From: Podarcis cretensis
Taxonomy: Eukaryota
Direction: 5' to 3'
Assembly: GCA_951804945.1 (NCBI GenBank)
Contig: OX638150.1
Coordinates: forward strand, 29,388,001-29,452,000
Length of the DNA: 64,000 nt
The notes below the pieces were generated by a model. It did not search any database, was not told the DNA's origin, and saw only the letters and a list, made by a program, of their open reading frames with translations. A program made the position numbers and the translations under genes. Every line of letters starts with the position of its first letter. Positions within the stretch are counted from its first letter, which is position 1. Positions 25,501 to 38,802 of this stretch are shown piece after piece.

Positions 25501-28500
25501 TATTAACAAGTAGCCTTTTGAGTGGCGAAATTAGCAGCACAAGACATTTCTCTGTTTCGGATTGCTTAAATACCAGATCCATAAGCAATATATATTGTGC
25601 TTACCTGAACTTTCATTTCTCGGTCTGTATCCCAGATTCTTATAATCCGTACATCTCCAGAAGTCATGAGAAGACCAGTTTCCTGTTCCCAGTCCACCAC
25701 CATCCCTGCTCCTGAGGAAAGAAAAAGGTGTGCCATACAAATTTATATCTTGGTACATGTGGACAGATGAAATAAGTCAGAACATTGTGGGAATGAAATC
25801 TTCCGGTCAAGCAGAGCAATCCAACACAATGAGTGCACTGTGCATCAATGTTAGAATGTGGTAGGTACTGTGGACTTTGGGAAGTGGCAGGTTTTGAGAA
25901 AAAAATATAGCAGGGTGCAGGGTGGTGGTGGCGGCAGCCTTCAACAGTGGTTTCTAGCTGGTTTCATTTGAAATGTTTTATTCACAGGAGTCACAAACTG
26001 CTTGTATGATACACAAAAGTGAGGGGAAAGTGTTTTAGTAATTATCTGTCCCCCTGTTTTTGTACCCAGGGAAGAAAAAGACCATTCCTCTCCAATATAG
26101 CCATAAGGTTTTTGTTTTGCTTTGCTTTTTTAACATAGAGATAAGCAGTAAATTGCATTAGGCATGGAAATACTCAAATGAATTTGTTGCAGTGATACGA
26201 CCTTCTCTTGTTTCTAATCAACAAAATCCAATGCAACATGTGTTTTTTCTCTGGTTTCTGCACCTGGGCTCCTTTATAAGGAGGTTGGGCTGCGATGACA
26301 AATGACTCTGAAACAATTTAGGATTCATAGCAGTCTCTTCCTTAACCCAACAAGGCAGCATTTGATTCTTCCTGCCAACCTCACTATGACTTCCACCAGG
26401 GCCTTTTATAGGATAACAAAACAGAACCCAAATAATGACTAATGCACCAATCTTCTGAAAGGGAAGTACTATGAAAAGTACCCAGCCCCACAAAAAGACC
26501 AGATATCTAGTCAAAAGATAAAAGCAAACTCTTGCATTTTTTAATCTTTTAACAGCAAAAACATGTAGCACTCCCTTAGATACTAACTGCCACCATAAGG
26601 GCAGTAGCACCATAAAGCAGGGGGACATTTATTTCTTAATTTAATGCATTTCTATAATGCTTTGTACTGAGTAAGTTTTTGAAGTGGGGTACAGCAAAAT
26701 AATAAAATCATATAATAAAAACTATTAGCTTTATCCAACCAAGGTCTATATAAACAGCAAATGGTATTGAAAGTTTTTGAAGTGGGGTACAGCAAAATAA
26801 TAAAATCATATAATAAAAACTATTAGCTTTATCCAACCAAGGTCTATATAAACAGCAAATGGTATTGAAAGTCAATGAGAGATCATGCAGAAGTTGCAGG
26901 GTCATACATCCCATGCCCCTCTCCTGATAAAGATCCATCAGGGCAACCAAGGAAGATTCAGTCCCCATAACAGGCCTGAGTCCAGACTGGAACGTGTCTA
27001 GAGATAATCAGTATCCTCCAAGAGTGCCTGCAGCTGGGACATCAAGACATAACAGCAGCACAAACATTCTACCTAGTGCTATAAACACAAGCACGTATTA
27101 AGGGTCTTGTATCTACTTGCACCCGGAGGTGCTTTCGAACTGCTAGGTTGGCAGGCGCTGGGACCGTGCGCTCCCGCTGCTCGGTCCCAGCACCTGCCAA
27201 CCTAGCAGTTCGAAAGCACCTCCGGGTGCAAGTAGATAAATAGGGACCGCTTACCAGCGGGAAGGTAAACGGCGTTTCCGTGTGCGACTCTGGCTCGCCA
27301 GAGCAGCGATGTCACGCTGGCCACGTGACCCGGAAGTGTCTCCGGACAGCGCTGGCCCCTGGCCTCTTAAGTGAGATGGGCGCACAACCCCAGAGTCTGT
27401 CAAGACTGGCCCGTACGGGCAGGGGTACCTTTACCTTTACCTTTAAGACAAAAAAAAAGGGAAGCTACTTCTCTTGCCCGCCTTGGATCGTCACCTGCTA
27501 GAGGTGCTGTTGCTGCACAGCACGTTGCAGATCCTGATTTTATCAGGGGGTTGGATTGCATGACCCCCCAGTCCCTTTCCAACTCTATGAGTATGATCAA
27601 GGTATATGCTCTGAAAGCATCTTCCTAATTATCATTGTCTTCATTCCCTTCATCCAGTGGCCATGCCCAGGCCCACTTTAATGTTTCTTGTGGCCTGCTG
27701 GAATTGCCGGCTGCGAAAACACCTGTGCAAGTATGGAACTTGGGGGCTGCCCTTGGGCCCTTCGTTTGCTCTTACTGCAAGCAATAGGGGCGCAGGGTGG
27801 GAGGGAGAGAATGGCAGCAAAACGGACAGTGCATATTTTTATCTGGACATACAAACTTATTGTTTCTTCAGCTTCCTTGGCAACTTGGAGGGGTGCTACA
27901 GATTCAGAGCAAGCAAAAAAGGCGGCAGTTTAGATTATAAGCACCTCTAAAGCATTTTGCGTTTGTCATCCTGTTTATGGTCCGTATGACAAGATAAACC
28001 CAGCAGGCTTGAGATGGATGATGCCTTTTCATCTTAAGCAGGCAGCACTCTAGGAAGAGATGCTTAAGCTGCCAGTTTCTCAGTCATTCATACTTACATT
28101 TTAGCACAAGAATCTTAACACTGTTTCAGCAGCAACATAATCTGCAGACAACACATACACAATATGTGGGTTTTTCTCCTTGCTTGTATGGCATGGCACC
28201 TTTGTTTACTTAGTGTCTGGAGGAAGTTGTCAGGTAGATGAGTCTGACTTTAGACTAGACGGACTGGTGGGTAATCACAATGTCCTGGGGGAAACTAAGC
28301 TGCCTATGATTGATGCTTTTATAGTTTTTTGGATCAACTACTGTAATGTCTCTTTGTGGGGCTCCATGGAGGTATGGAGCTATTCTGCTCTCACATCTTC
28401 CCAGAAGCAAAGTAAAACAAAGTGTTCAACATTTAACTGCCTTGTAAACAGAATGCTAAATAAAGGAGGTAGGATTTAAATTCCTGGCTCTGCCATGGTC

Positions 28501-31500
28501 TGACTGACCTTGAGTAAGACATCTGTTCTTGCCCAAGTCTCACTTCTTACAACTGTGAAATGGGGTTAATAAAGTACCTTAATTCTCTCTCCTTTGTGGG
28601 AAGGGAAGCACAAAAATAATGTTCATCATACATCACTTAAAAGGAGTTCGCTCTCTTGAAGGTTTAACTGCGTGGAATGAACAAGACTCTACTCTATAGT
28701 GGACGATATACAGATTTCTTCCTGAAGACTAATGAAAAATGTAAGCCTCTGCAAACACAGGTGAGAAAGACTCCCTTCTTTATGCTGCTCTATAAAACTG
28801 GAAGCAGTCACTGTCTGAGCAATGGGGGCTCTGCTGAATCTTTAGCAGTTAATGACAAATATTGCTTCTCAATATGCTTATTTGCCTTTTGTCTCCTTCC
28901 CCAGTCACTTGTGTTTTATGAGAACTGCCTTCCTCTGTAAGTAGTGTGGTCTGGATTCTCAGCTGCTTCACTAAATCTTGACAACTTCCTTGGCAACTAT
29001 GCTCAAGAGGAAGTGACCTGGCCTGTTCCCACATAGTTCCAGGCAAACGATGCCGTCAGTTATAACAACCATTTTACAATATAAGGAAGCAGGGGAACCC
29101 TTTTTGGCCCTTGACAGAATATAGAATACGCTCTTCCTCCATGTAGTGACATGGAGGTTTATGTAGCTCTTGCCACCAGAGGGTGCCCATGTGCTGAGAA
29201 CTAGGATGGCACAGCATCCCTCCACTCTCAAAGGATTGCAGCAGACAAGCAGAATCTGAGATGTTTAAGATGTGTTTTTAAACCCATTCATGAGACATGA
29301 AAAGCAAAAAAAGATCTATGGAGACAGCCGCCCTTTGCATTAAATCTAACTCATTCATAAGTGCATAAATATATAGAAAGCTATGAAATGCTAATAGAAA
29401 ATGCTACATAATGATGAGCAAAGTAGCTTGTGTGCATTACCCACTTCAGGGCAAACTAATGTTTATTAAAGCAGGCCTGAGGTTTCTGATGGTTTTCAAA
29501 GAGGGAACTATCATAACATTATTGACTCATGTTTACATCTCAAGTTCCTTGCGTCTTGCGGATCAGAGGCTCGTTGACGACTCTTGATTTCATTTTAATT
29601 AAAAAAAGAAAACCAACCTTTCCATGGGATTGGGGGATGTGGGGCACAGAGTCAAGAAGACAGATCTTTTGGAGCCTTTCCAAGCAATGTTCTTGCAAAC
29701 AATAAAATCTGTGTGCAATTAGTTGTTTCTTGTTTGTTCCAGGAGTCCAAATGCCTGTTTGCAAAACAGTGCTCTCTGTTGCAAGGATACTGCATTTTTT
29801 CAGCACTCAAATAACAGTATTTGTTCATGTGAAAATGCATCCATAGTTGTGAGCACAGTGCGAAGTGTGGCAGCATAAGCGTCACAGCCACCGACTGAAG
29901 AGGACTAGTAACGCCAATAGAAATTATTGCTCTTTCATTTCCTTATATGCTAAACGTTCCTCTGCTGTACAACTCAAATGCACAAACGCCATCCCTTCCT
30001 CTTCTAAGCAATGTCCTCCCATGTTGTGAACTGTCTTTACATAGTTATTTATTTCTCTCCTGATTTTACACACACAGCAGCACAACACAACACAAACCAA
30101 CCTTTGAAACTGGTTGTTTAAGATCTTTGTCAGAAGCCTCTCTCTGGATACCCCTATCTTTGAAGGTGAGGAGGATGCCTACTGGCAATAGGGCTCTCTC
30201 AGCAGCGATGCTTCAGTTGTTTTTCTCCCCTTATCCATTTATGTGGTGCTAGATTTGATGGTCTTTACTCAGCATCTTTTTGCTTTCCAGTGTGTTTTGT
30301 GTTACAGCTGGTTTAACATCTATCTGCTGATGATGTTTGATTGCATTTGTTAGCATTTTAATATTTGTTGTGGTTTCCGATCATGATGTTGTGAAGCTCC
30401 CCCAGATCCAATGATCCCCTCCATGACATTCCCACAGGGCTCATGATGCAAGGTACTGCTCAGGTACTAGAGAGCCTGCTGCTATGTGCTCATGAGGAAA
30501 TCTGTAATGGAGCCTACTGCCACAATTTGTTCCCAAAGAGGCAAGGTTCATGACAGCAGACATATTCTCACAGACACCACGTAAAAGAACTTCCACCTTA
30601 TTTCCATAAGGCATTACAGTGGTACCTCGGGTTACAGACGCTTCAGGTTACAGACTCCGCTAACCCAGAAATAGTACCTTGGGTTAAGAACTTTGCTTCA
30701 GGATGAGAACAGAAATCGTGCAGTGGCGGTGTAGCGGCAGCAGGAGGCCCCATTAGCTAAAGTGGTGCTTCAGGTTAAGAACAGTTTCAGGTTAAGAACA
30801 GACCTCCAGAACAAATTAAGTTCTTAACTTGAGGTACCACTGTACATAAAGTCGAGTGCATAAGACACATGGCAGAAAGCTAATTTTAAAAATAATTCCT
30901 CTTGGCTTCTTCATGCAAGGACTAGCAGTTCTGCGTGATATGGAAGGGTATTTTTAAAATATGTCAGACACTGGAACTTTCCTTGTAGGATTCCCCCAAA
31001 GTCAGAGATGCATCTCAGTGGAATAGTTCCCTGCATATGTTTCAGCAAAGAACCCTGGCATCAGAAACAGCTGCATTCCAAATACATTCTATTTAAATCA
31101 TGTTTTTTCCCTCCATCCCCTCTCCCAAAATCACTGCTGTATCACAGTCCTTGTCTAACTGGCGTTTTGATTAGTTCAGAAATGTGTGCACAGGCCACAA
31201 CACAACAGTATCCAAGAAAAGGAAAGCTGATCTTCTATACACCGCCCCCCCTCCTGGCTGATAAATGAGCCATGTCCCTGTTTTAATTTCCAGGCAGCAG
31301 TGGGGAGGCTGCATTACCTCATTATTCATTAATTCCTGAAAATGCCCCTTCAAGTGACACTCCTGTGCCAAGCATCACCCAAATGACAAAAGAAGACTCT
31401 CTAGAACACCGGGAGCCTTAATTTACCAAGTGAAAAGTGCCTCAAAATAGAGCTGCTGCTCCCCTAATTACTTTATTTTCATAAAAGACCTGACCTCTCT

Positions 31501-34500
31501 CAAGGCATCATGCTCTGTCTCTGACTACAGAGGCACAACATAAGTTAATCCCACAGACCAATCAATGCTGGGATTCACCTACTGCCTTTTTAAAAAGAAA
31601 AACACATCACCTCCTCATGAGACTCCTTCTGTCTCATCCATATCATGGTGGATAATGAATGCACTTGGATGCTGGTTCTGATACAGCACAAATGTGGCAT
31701 GACATGCAGTTCTGCTAGACGTTTTCCGCCCCACAAAGCAGAGTTACTAAGGTCTCTCCTAGATGGAGCTTTAGCACTGCCTTTTAAGTTCAAAATGTCT
31801 TTCTTACAAAAACAAAACTCCTTATTGTGTTCCTTACTTAGTAGTATTCCTGTTCACTGCCCTGCTTCTCTCCTTGCCCCCCCCAAACTTCGTCCCTCCA
31901 ACTTTCTCACCCCTTACTCTTAAAAAAAAAAAAAGGTACAAGACCTGATAACTTTTATGAGCTCCTGGGCTGGGGGAAACTCCTAATCCCACCCCAGGCC
32001 TTGCCTTGGAGCTTCTTGGATTTGAACATTTATTTAATTATAAATTGGATTTTTAAGCACTGCTTACTTTAAGTGTCAGGTTGAAGGGAATAAGACCCTC
32101 AGACTTGACCAGGGAAATCTGTTACTAATGTCTTTTGTGGCTTTTGTTTTGCTAATCAGCAGCCTCATGGGACTGCTTTGAAGAGTGTGGAAGTGGTGCT
32201 CAGGGAGATTTGTAATTCTTTCCTTCCATACCCTACCCCTAAAGCAAACTCTCCCCCCCCCTTACATAAAGTCTGCTATGACTGGGGTGGAGAAGACAGA
32301 CGTGGACAGCAGCTCTCCCCCTAAGCTAATAGTGATAGGAGAAGAATTACATTGGAGAAAAAGCCATGGGATAGTGTTTAATAAATCTCTTTCTCCTGGA
32401 GTACTACTTCCCCACTCTTCAAAGCAGCCCCATGGGACTGCTAATTAGCAAATAAACTACAAAAGATCCTAATCACAGTTCTTCCAGGTCCAGTCTGGTT
32501 TGGACCTTAGAATACATTAATTTCCCAGAAGCAATTGATGCAGTGGTATTTCCCTGGTAAATTTCTAAGGTTGTGGGAAGCAGGGGTGGGAGGTCTGGAG
32601 CACACTTTCTGTTAGTTGTGAGACTGAGGCAAGATGGAGGATAGCCTAAGAGGATCCAACAACTGTCCAGGACACATTTACCACATTTGCTAAACTCCTT
32701 CAAATATCAGTACAACAACAAAAAGCAAACCCATTTACAGACAGCCCTGCATTGCCTTTAGCCATCATCCAGTGAGTGAGGAGAAATGAGGCTGAACCAC
32801 ATGGTTATGCTATTGTGATAGATACTATTGGTTGGCAATCTCACATCCCCAAATGGACCTTTTCTCACATAGAATAATGAATCAGAGACAAGTTTAGTCA
32901 CATTTATCAGATGGGATGGCAGTGTCTTTGCACTTTATAATCTGGAGCAAATATTTTTGTGCTTTTTGCAGTCATTTTGCCACTCTGAAACTCTCCAACT
33001 CCTCACAGAAAGAAATGTGTTCTCAAAGACCTCAACAGGTGTGCCAGGCTGGCTCTGAAGCGGAGCTATCTATTCGTGTGCTCCTGACAGATTGTTGCTT
33101 CCAAAGCATCATCAGTATTGATTCTCTATGGTGGTTGCAATAAGCTGGTCTACTGCTCAGCCTATCAAAAGGAAACCCCTTCAGCCTCCACCCTTCCTAA
33201 TTTTAGCTTTGTCAGCTTGCCAGCAAGTTTCTACAAAAGATGGGATGCTCATAGTAATCCATTGTATTTGCATGTTCTTCTCCACTGCTTCCCAATAACC
33301 AGAGAAAGTTTAAAGGCCCCAACCTAAGAGAAGCCTGAATCACAGAACACACAGCCACCTTTGTTCTGATAATCACTGCAGACACATTCCAGCCCTTATC
33401 AACTAGTGAATATTAATAATTCATAGAGCGCCTAAGAAGATTACATCAGCTTTCTGACACATACCACACATACCATGTCCTGTTGTGCCAGCCATCTGTC
33501 ACTATCTCAAAAGCTGAAGCAACAGAGAAGGATTTCAAGTCCCATCCCTCCACAGGTTTTTTCCCCCCAGTCTCAGTCTAAAGAGCTAAATACATGTTTT
33601 ACTGTAGGTTGGAAATGTTCAAAACCTTTTCCAGACAATTAATTGCCAAAGGCGGAAACCAACTTTCCAGATTGAAACAAGGTCACACCTGCCATTTACT
33701 TCCACTCAGCATCCCATAATTACAAATCAAAGTAACGTAGCAGTCAACAAAGACAGAGGCATTTCATGAAGAGATGCTCAAACATTCCAGACCATCTCTT
33801 GAACTGTTTAAGAGTAATGGTGGTGGCCGAGAAGCTGCTGTACCCTGAGCATGGCTGGCCTGCTGTGATCCTTGTATAAAGTGATCACACAACAATATTG
33901 CCTCTGCATATCTTGAAAACACTTTCCAATTTCCACATTTTGTGATCAGGCTCCCGAAGCGAAGGAAAATGCACGAATCTCCTCCCTTTGCCTTTCTTCC
34001 ATGTGGACACTTGAGGCCCATGTTGACAGAATATCAGATGTAGAAGCCCACAGTGCATAGTACAGACAAGCAATACAAAGCAAGGAATGGGAAGGCCAGG
34101 AGAAGCTAAGCTGCCTTCCAAGAATTAACAGGACCCAGGAGATGTTAGAAGGAATGCCATTTTAAAAACAACAACAACACATATGATTAGAAGGACCACC
34201 CCTCCCGCGCTGATTGTAGGTAAGAGGAAAGAGAGCACTCACCTCCCTGTTTACTTCTGTCAAGATAGATTGAAACCCTTCGGGCCAGACCTGTGAGAAG
34301 ACAGGGATTAAGGGGTTGATGCTAAGGGTAAGTTGGTCAGCCAAAGCAAAACAAATCTTAAAAAAAAAGGATTAGGAAAAGCAACCCAAAAGGAACAGAA
34401 AAGAACACAGTTAGAGAGAAGCAGTAGCGGCAGAGAGGCCTCCATTCAGGGAAGGAAGGAAGGAAGGAAGGAAGGAAGACGAGTAGGTTGATCACAGCAG

Positions 34501-37500
34501 CCATCCTAGGAAGCCATTAGCCATGAGGAGGAAAGCAAGACCGGTCTTCTTTTGCTCATGTGCTCAAATCCCACTCAGAAGGGCCCTGCTATACTCTACC
34601 TAGAATGAAAGGCACCTTGCTGTCAGTGGAGGAGTGAGAAATGAAAGCTGCGCTCCAAATGACCCCTCACCAAAGAGAAACCCACAAAGAAACCCAACAC
34701 CCTGTGAGGGGAGAGGTGAATCCAAACAGCCAAGCGATGTGCTGCTCAGGCCTCACTGAGCCACCAGCTCAGCTGTGAAGCAATACAGTAGGCAGCAACA
34801 AAGCACACTTCAATTATTTGCTAACGAGCACTCATTCAGAGAGGAAGGACAATTTACAGAGGACTCTGCTCAAACAACTGCTTAAGTGGGGGAAATTAGC
34901 AGTACAAGGGGATTCATTTGAAGTCATTAGGAAGAAGGCTGGATAATGAGAGGAGCTGCAGGGTGGCGGCAGCAGCTCAGTTGTTAAGGACAGGGCAGCT
35001 TAGGCACATGCTGAGCCTAGCTGCCCTTGGTTTGCCCAAGGAACTCTAGAAAAAGAACCTGCTTGACCTTTTCCAGGGCAGGACTTGCATAGGCCACTCT
35101 CAAACACCATGGGCTCACCTTTAAAACAAGCCCCAAAACTGGGAGGAAGTAAAGCAGTGGTGATGGATGCCCGCAAAGAGGTCAGAGATGCACCAGTTGG
35201 AGGTGACAGCCCATTCTCTCCATTGTAAGGCATCACTTGTTCTGTACGGTAGTCTGAGAGCACCAGTCAGAGTCCTTTATTTATTTACATTTATATGCCA
35301 CCTTTTTTCTCCTTGGCTAGATGGACTGCCTATCTGACCTCAGGGAAAGATGTTCCTTATGCTGTTGCTTTTCTTTTCTCTTCAGTGTGGTGTAGTGGTT
35401 AAGAGAGGTAGTCTTGTAATCTGGTGCACCAGGTTCGCTTCCCCACTCCTCCACATGCAGCTGCTGGTTGACCTTGGGCTAGTCACACTTCTTTGAGGTC
35501 TCTCAGCCTTACTCACCTCACAGAGTGTTTGTTGTGGGGGAGGAAGGGAAAGGAGAATGTTAGTCGCTTTGAGACTCCTTCGGGTAGCGATAAAGCGGGA
35601 TATCAAATCCAAAACTCTCTTCTTCACTCTTCCTAATTCTAACTGGTAATACACAGGATGTGGTTATGCTGATGTGAACTACCATGTCCTTCCCCTACCA
35701 GTCTACAGTCTGACCTAGGAGCCTGCATTATGCTTTCTGTTAAACCACTCATCTTAAACATCCTCTTTGTAAAAAAGAAAGGAAAAAGTCACTCTGCCTA
35801 TTCCATGTGAAACCTCGCATGCAATCTACATAAACCAGGACCTTTTGAAATAGTGTCTGAATCACAAAACGGACACCTGTGGGAGTAGCATCCTCTCAGG
35901 AACCACCTTGATACTGTAACCTACTGAAGCACTAACTTGCACAAGGCTTGCCCTGCTTTTATATCTTTCCTATTTCTCCATGTCACCCTTCTCACTGGTT
36001 CAACTGCAAACAAAACCATCTAAAAGAGAACCATTCCACGCACACACAAAGAAAACCCTGTAGAATAAAGGGGCTTGCTTAGTACCGGTCCATCTCTTGT
36101 TATGAGGAACAGACCAAGTCAGAATGACAGATCTGCTTGGCCAAAACAGCCAAGTGCTGAATTTATTCAGATGTTCATTTCAGCAACTCCCCCCCCCCCA
36201 CCTCCTTCGGAGTGGTACAATATGAACTGTGCCTGCACTATTTCAGGTGGTGCCTGGGTGCTTTCATTAAAATGGTCATTATATCAACACCAATTCAGCA
36301 CTGACCTGGAGCTGACTCATAATAATGTGCATAGATTCTGTGGTTCCCTCCACCCCCTGCCTGATTCTCTAGTGCTCACACAGCTGTTCTAATCTTCACA
36401 TGATCCAAAATATTACGACTTTGCATAATGTGAAATTTGTTCCTGTCTTTCTTAGACCTAATCCTTTAACTTTTAGATGGGCAATGAATGTATTTGGTAG
36501 ATTTAAGCCAGGAAAGGGCATAACCAATGCTAAGAAAAAAAACCCTTTTTGCTGTTGCAGTATGTAGTCAGTACGGAGCTGAAGCCTTTGGGTTTCCTAT
36601 ATATAGGCACATTAATGTTTTGCTGGAGAATTACACACACTTTTATAAGATTCCTTTCCTTCCATCCCTCTTAATCCACTCCAGCTTGTTCTTCACAAAT
36701 GAGAAAGCTTGCACAAAGAGGTCAGGTCCACCCACTCCTTTAAGTGTGTCCTCTGCTCCTGCTGTTCATTCAATCCCCTTGTGAGGTCAGTGACCCATTT
36801 TTCATCAAGATGATTACATCACCAACTGAGGATTAGAAGATGGAGGAGAAAGATGGAGGAAAAACAACCAACAGCAGAGGATGCTAAAATTCAGGTATCG
36901 TTCCACTAGCATGTAAAAAGAGGAAGGAAGAGGAAGCACCATACAGAAAATCGAGGCCACAAGCACAATGGTCTCAGAGAGGCAGGAGTCAGATTACAGC
37001 CCTGTGCCAAACTGCACCAGCAGTCTCCACAGCAAAGGCCAGCACTTCTAACAACAATCTCATTTCTTCAGAGGACTCATTTAATTCACCCTGCACCTTT
37101 GCACAGAGTGAATTTAACTAACCCTCTCATTCCCACAGCAATATGCATAGGTAGTAACAAAATCAAGGACCGAAAGAGAAATGTAATAGTTCTGTAAAGG
37201 AAGCACAATCACTCTCCCTTAGTGCTGTTTCTTATTCACCGAAACAGTGAGGAAATTACCGGGAGAAAATCCAAGCCATAGTGGAAATCAGAAACAACAG
37301 TCACAAGGGACCTGGGCAACTCTTCTCTACAGAAATCATTTGCTCATGCTATAGAAAAGTGTGAAAGGGGGATGATCAGGAACAGCTGTTCTTTACTATC
37401 AAAAAACAAACCATTGCCCATTACCCATGCTAGGCTGTATCTGTAAATCAATGCTTCATGGGAATGTTTTTTATGTCAACATGTTGGTTTGCTCTGCTCT

Positions 37501-38758
37501 CATTACTCTTACACGTTTTATTTTTTTATGATGCCTGAACGTTGTTTAAAAGGAGTTGTTACGTGGGCAGGTTTTTCTTGTCTTCTCATCTTCTGAACTG
37601 CAGCCACAGACAACAGCAGTGGCAGACACTTCAAAGGAAGAGCCAAGGATACAATTGGATTTGACTGCACACACCAGCCTCTGCTGGAGTCCAAGGGTTA
37701 AGGCAATATTTGCTTGTACACATTTTATTGAACTGAATCAATGAAATGCCACTTCTCTTCAGCCTCAAACTTTTTTTTTGTAGTGACTAAAAACAATAAA
37801 AATGAATTATTTTAAGATAAGAGATGATAGCTAAACAGAGTATATTTTTAGCCAAAAACAGTCACTCTCATTCAGAATTTATAACAAAGGGCTTATAGGG
37901 TGTTAACATCAGAAGTGAGGATATCAGAGTACAGCAACACATATCAAGTTGTGTCCATGTGATAGCAGGTTCTCGCCTTATCTTAAACCTTTTAAAGCAT
38001 GATTAGGGAACCTGTGATCCTGCAAACGTTGCCACACTACAACTCCCATCATCCCTGAACCATTGGTCATGCTGGCAGGGGCTGATGGGAGTTGAAGTTC
38101 AACATTAACTGGAAGGCCACAAGTTCTTCACCTACTTCAAAGGAATTACATGGGTTAGAAAACTACATTTCCAGTTTAACATATTGATTGATGAGAGAAG
38201 CAATGTATTGGCTATCAGACTACAAGTGTCTCAGACGAATATTTTCAAAATTTAGTTATGGACTTTGCTTGTCTATTTTTGTGAAGCAAAATGTAACACA
38301 GGATTTATCCCACTTTCTTTGGACTTCAAAGCCAGCTCTCAAAAATTATTGCCAGCATTGGACGCAGTATCATTAATATCAGCCTCCAGCGAACTGGTGC
38401 CCTCTACATGTTTTGCACTACAGTTCCAATCACCCCTAAGCCTTGGCCACACTGATTGGGGATGATGGGGTTGGCTGCTTTATATGTATTCCATTTAAAT
38501 TAGCCTTTTTGCTTAGTGCATTTGTACTTGAAGTATTTGCTAATGTGTGTGTGTGACACAAACCTTACAAGTATGCTAAAGTTAAGATAATTTCTTTCTA
38601 GATTTTCTGATTGCAAATTCTGGATAAATTCATTGGTTTTGGTGGGGATAAGCAATAAAAATAACAGAAAAATGGGAGAAGAGCATGTAGTGGCGCATAA
38701 GGAAGTCTAACAAAGTTCTAATTTCTCCTACGATGATTAATTCAGTGCTTGTTTTGAA

Positions 38759-38802
<44 letters not shown>

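Noticed and set aside
34162-34344. ORF MADQLTL...VWPEGFQSILTEVNREV as the product of the cassette region
   Set aside because: Wrong frame. The flanking RPTOR exons impose phase 1, which gives GLARRVSIYLDRSKQG.
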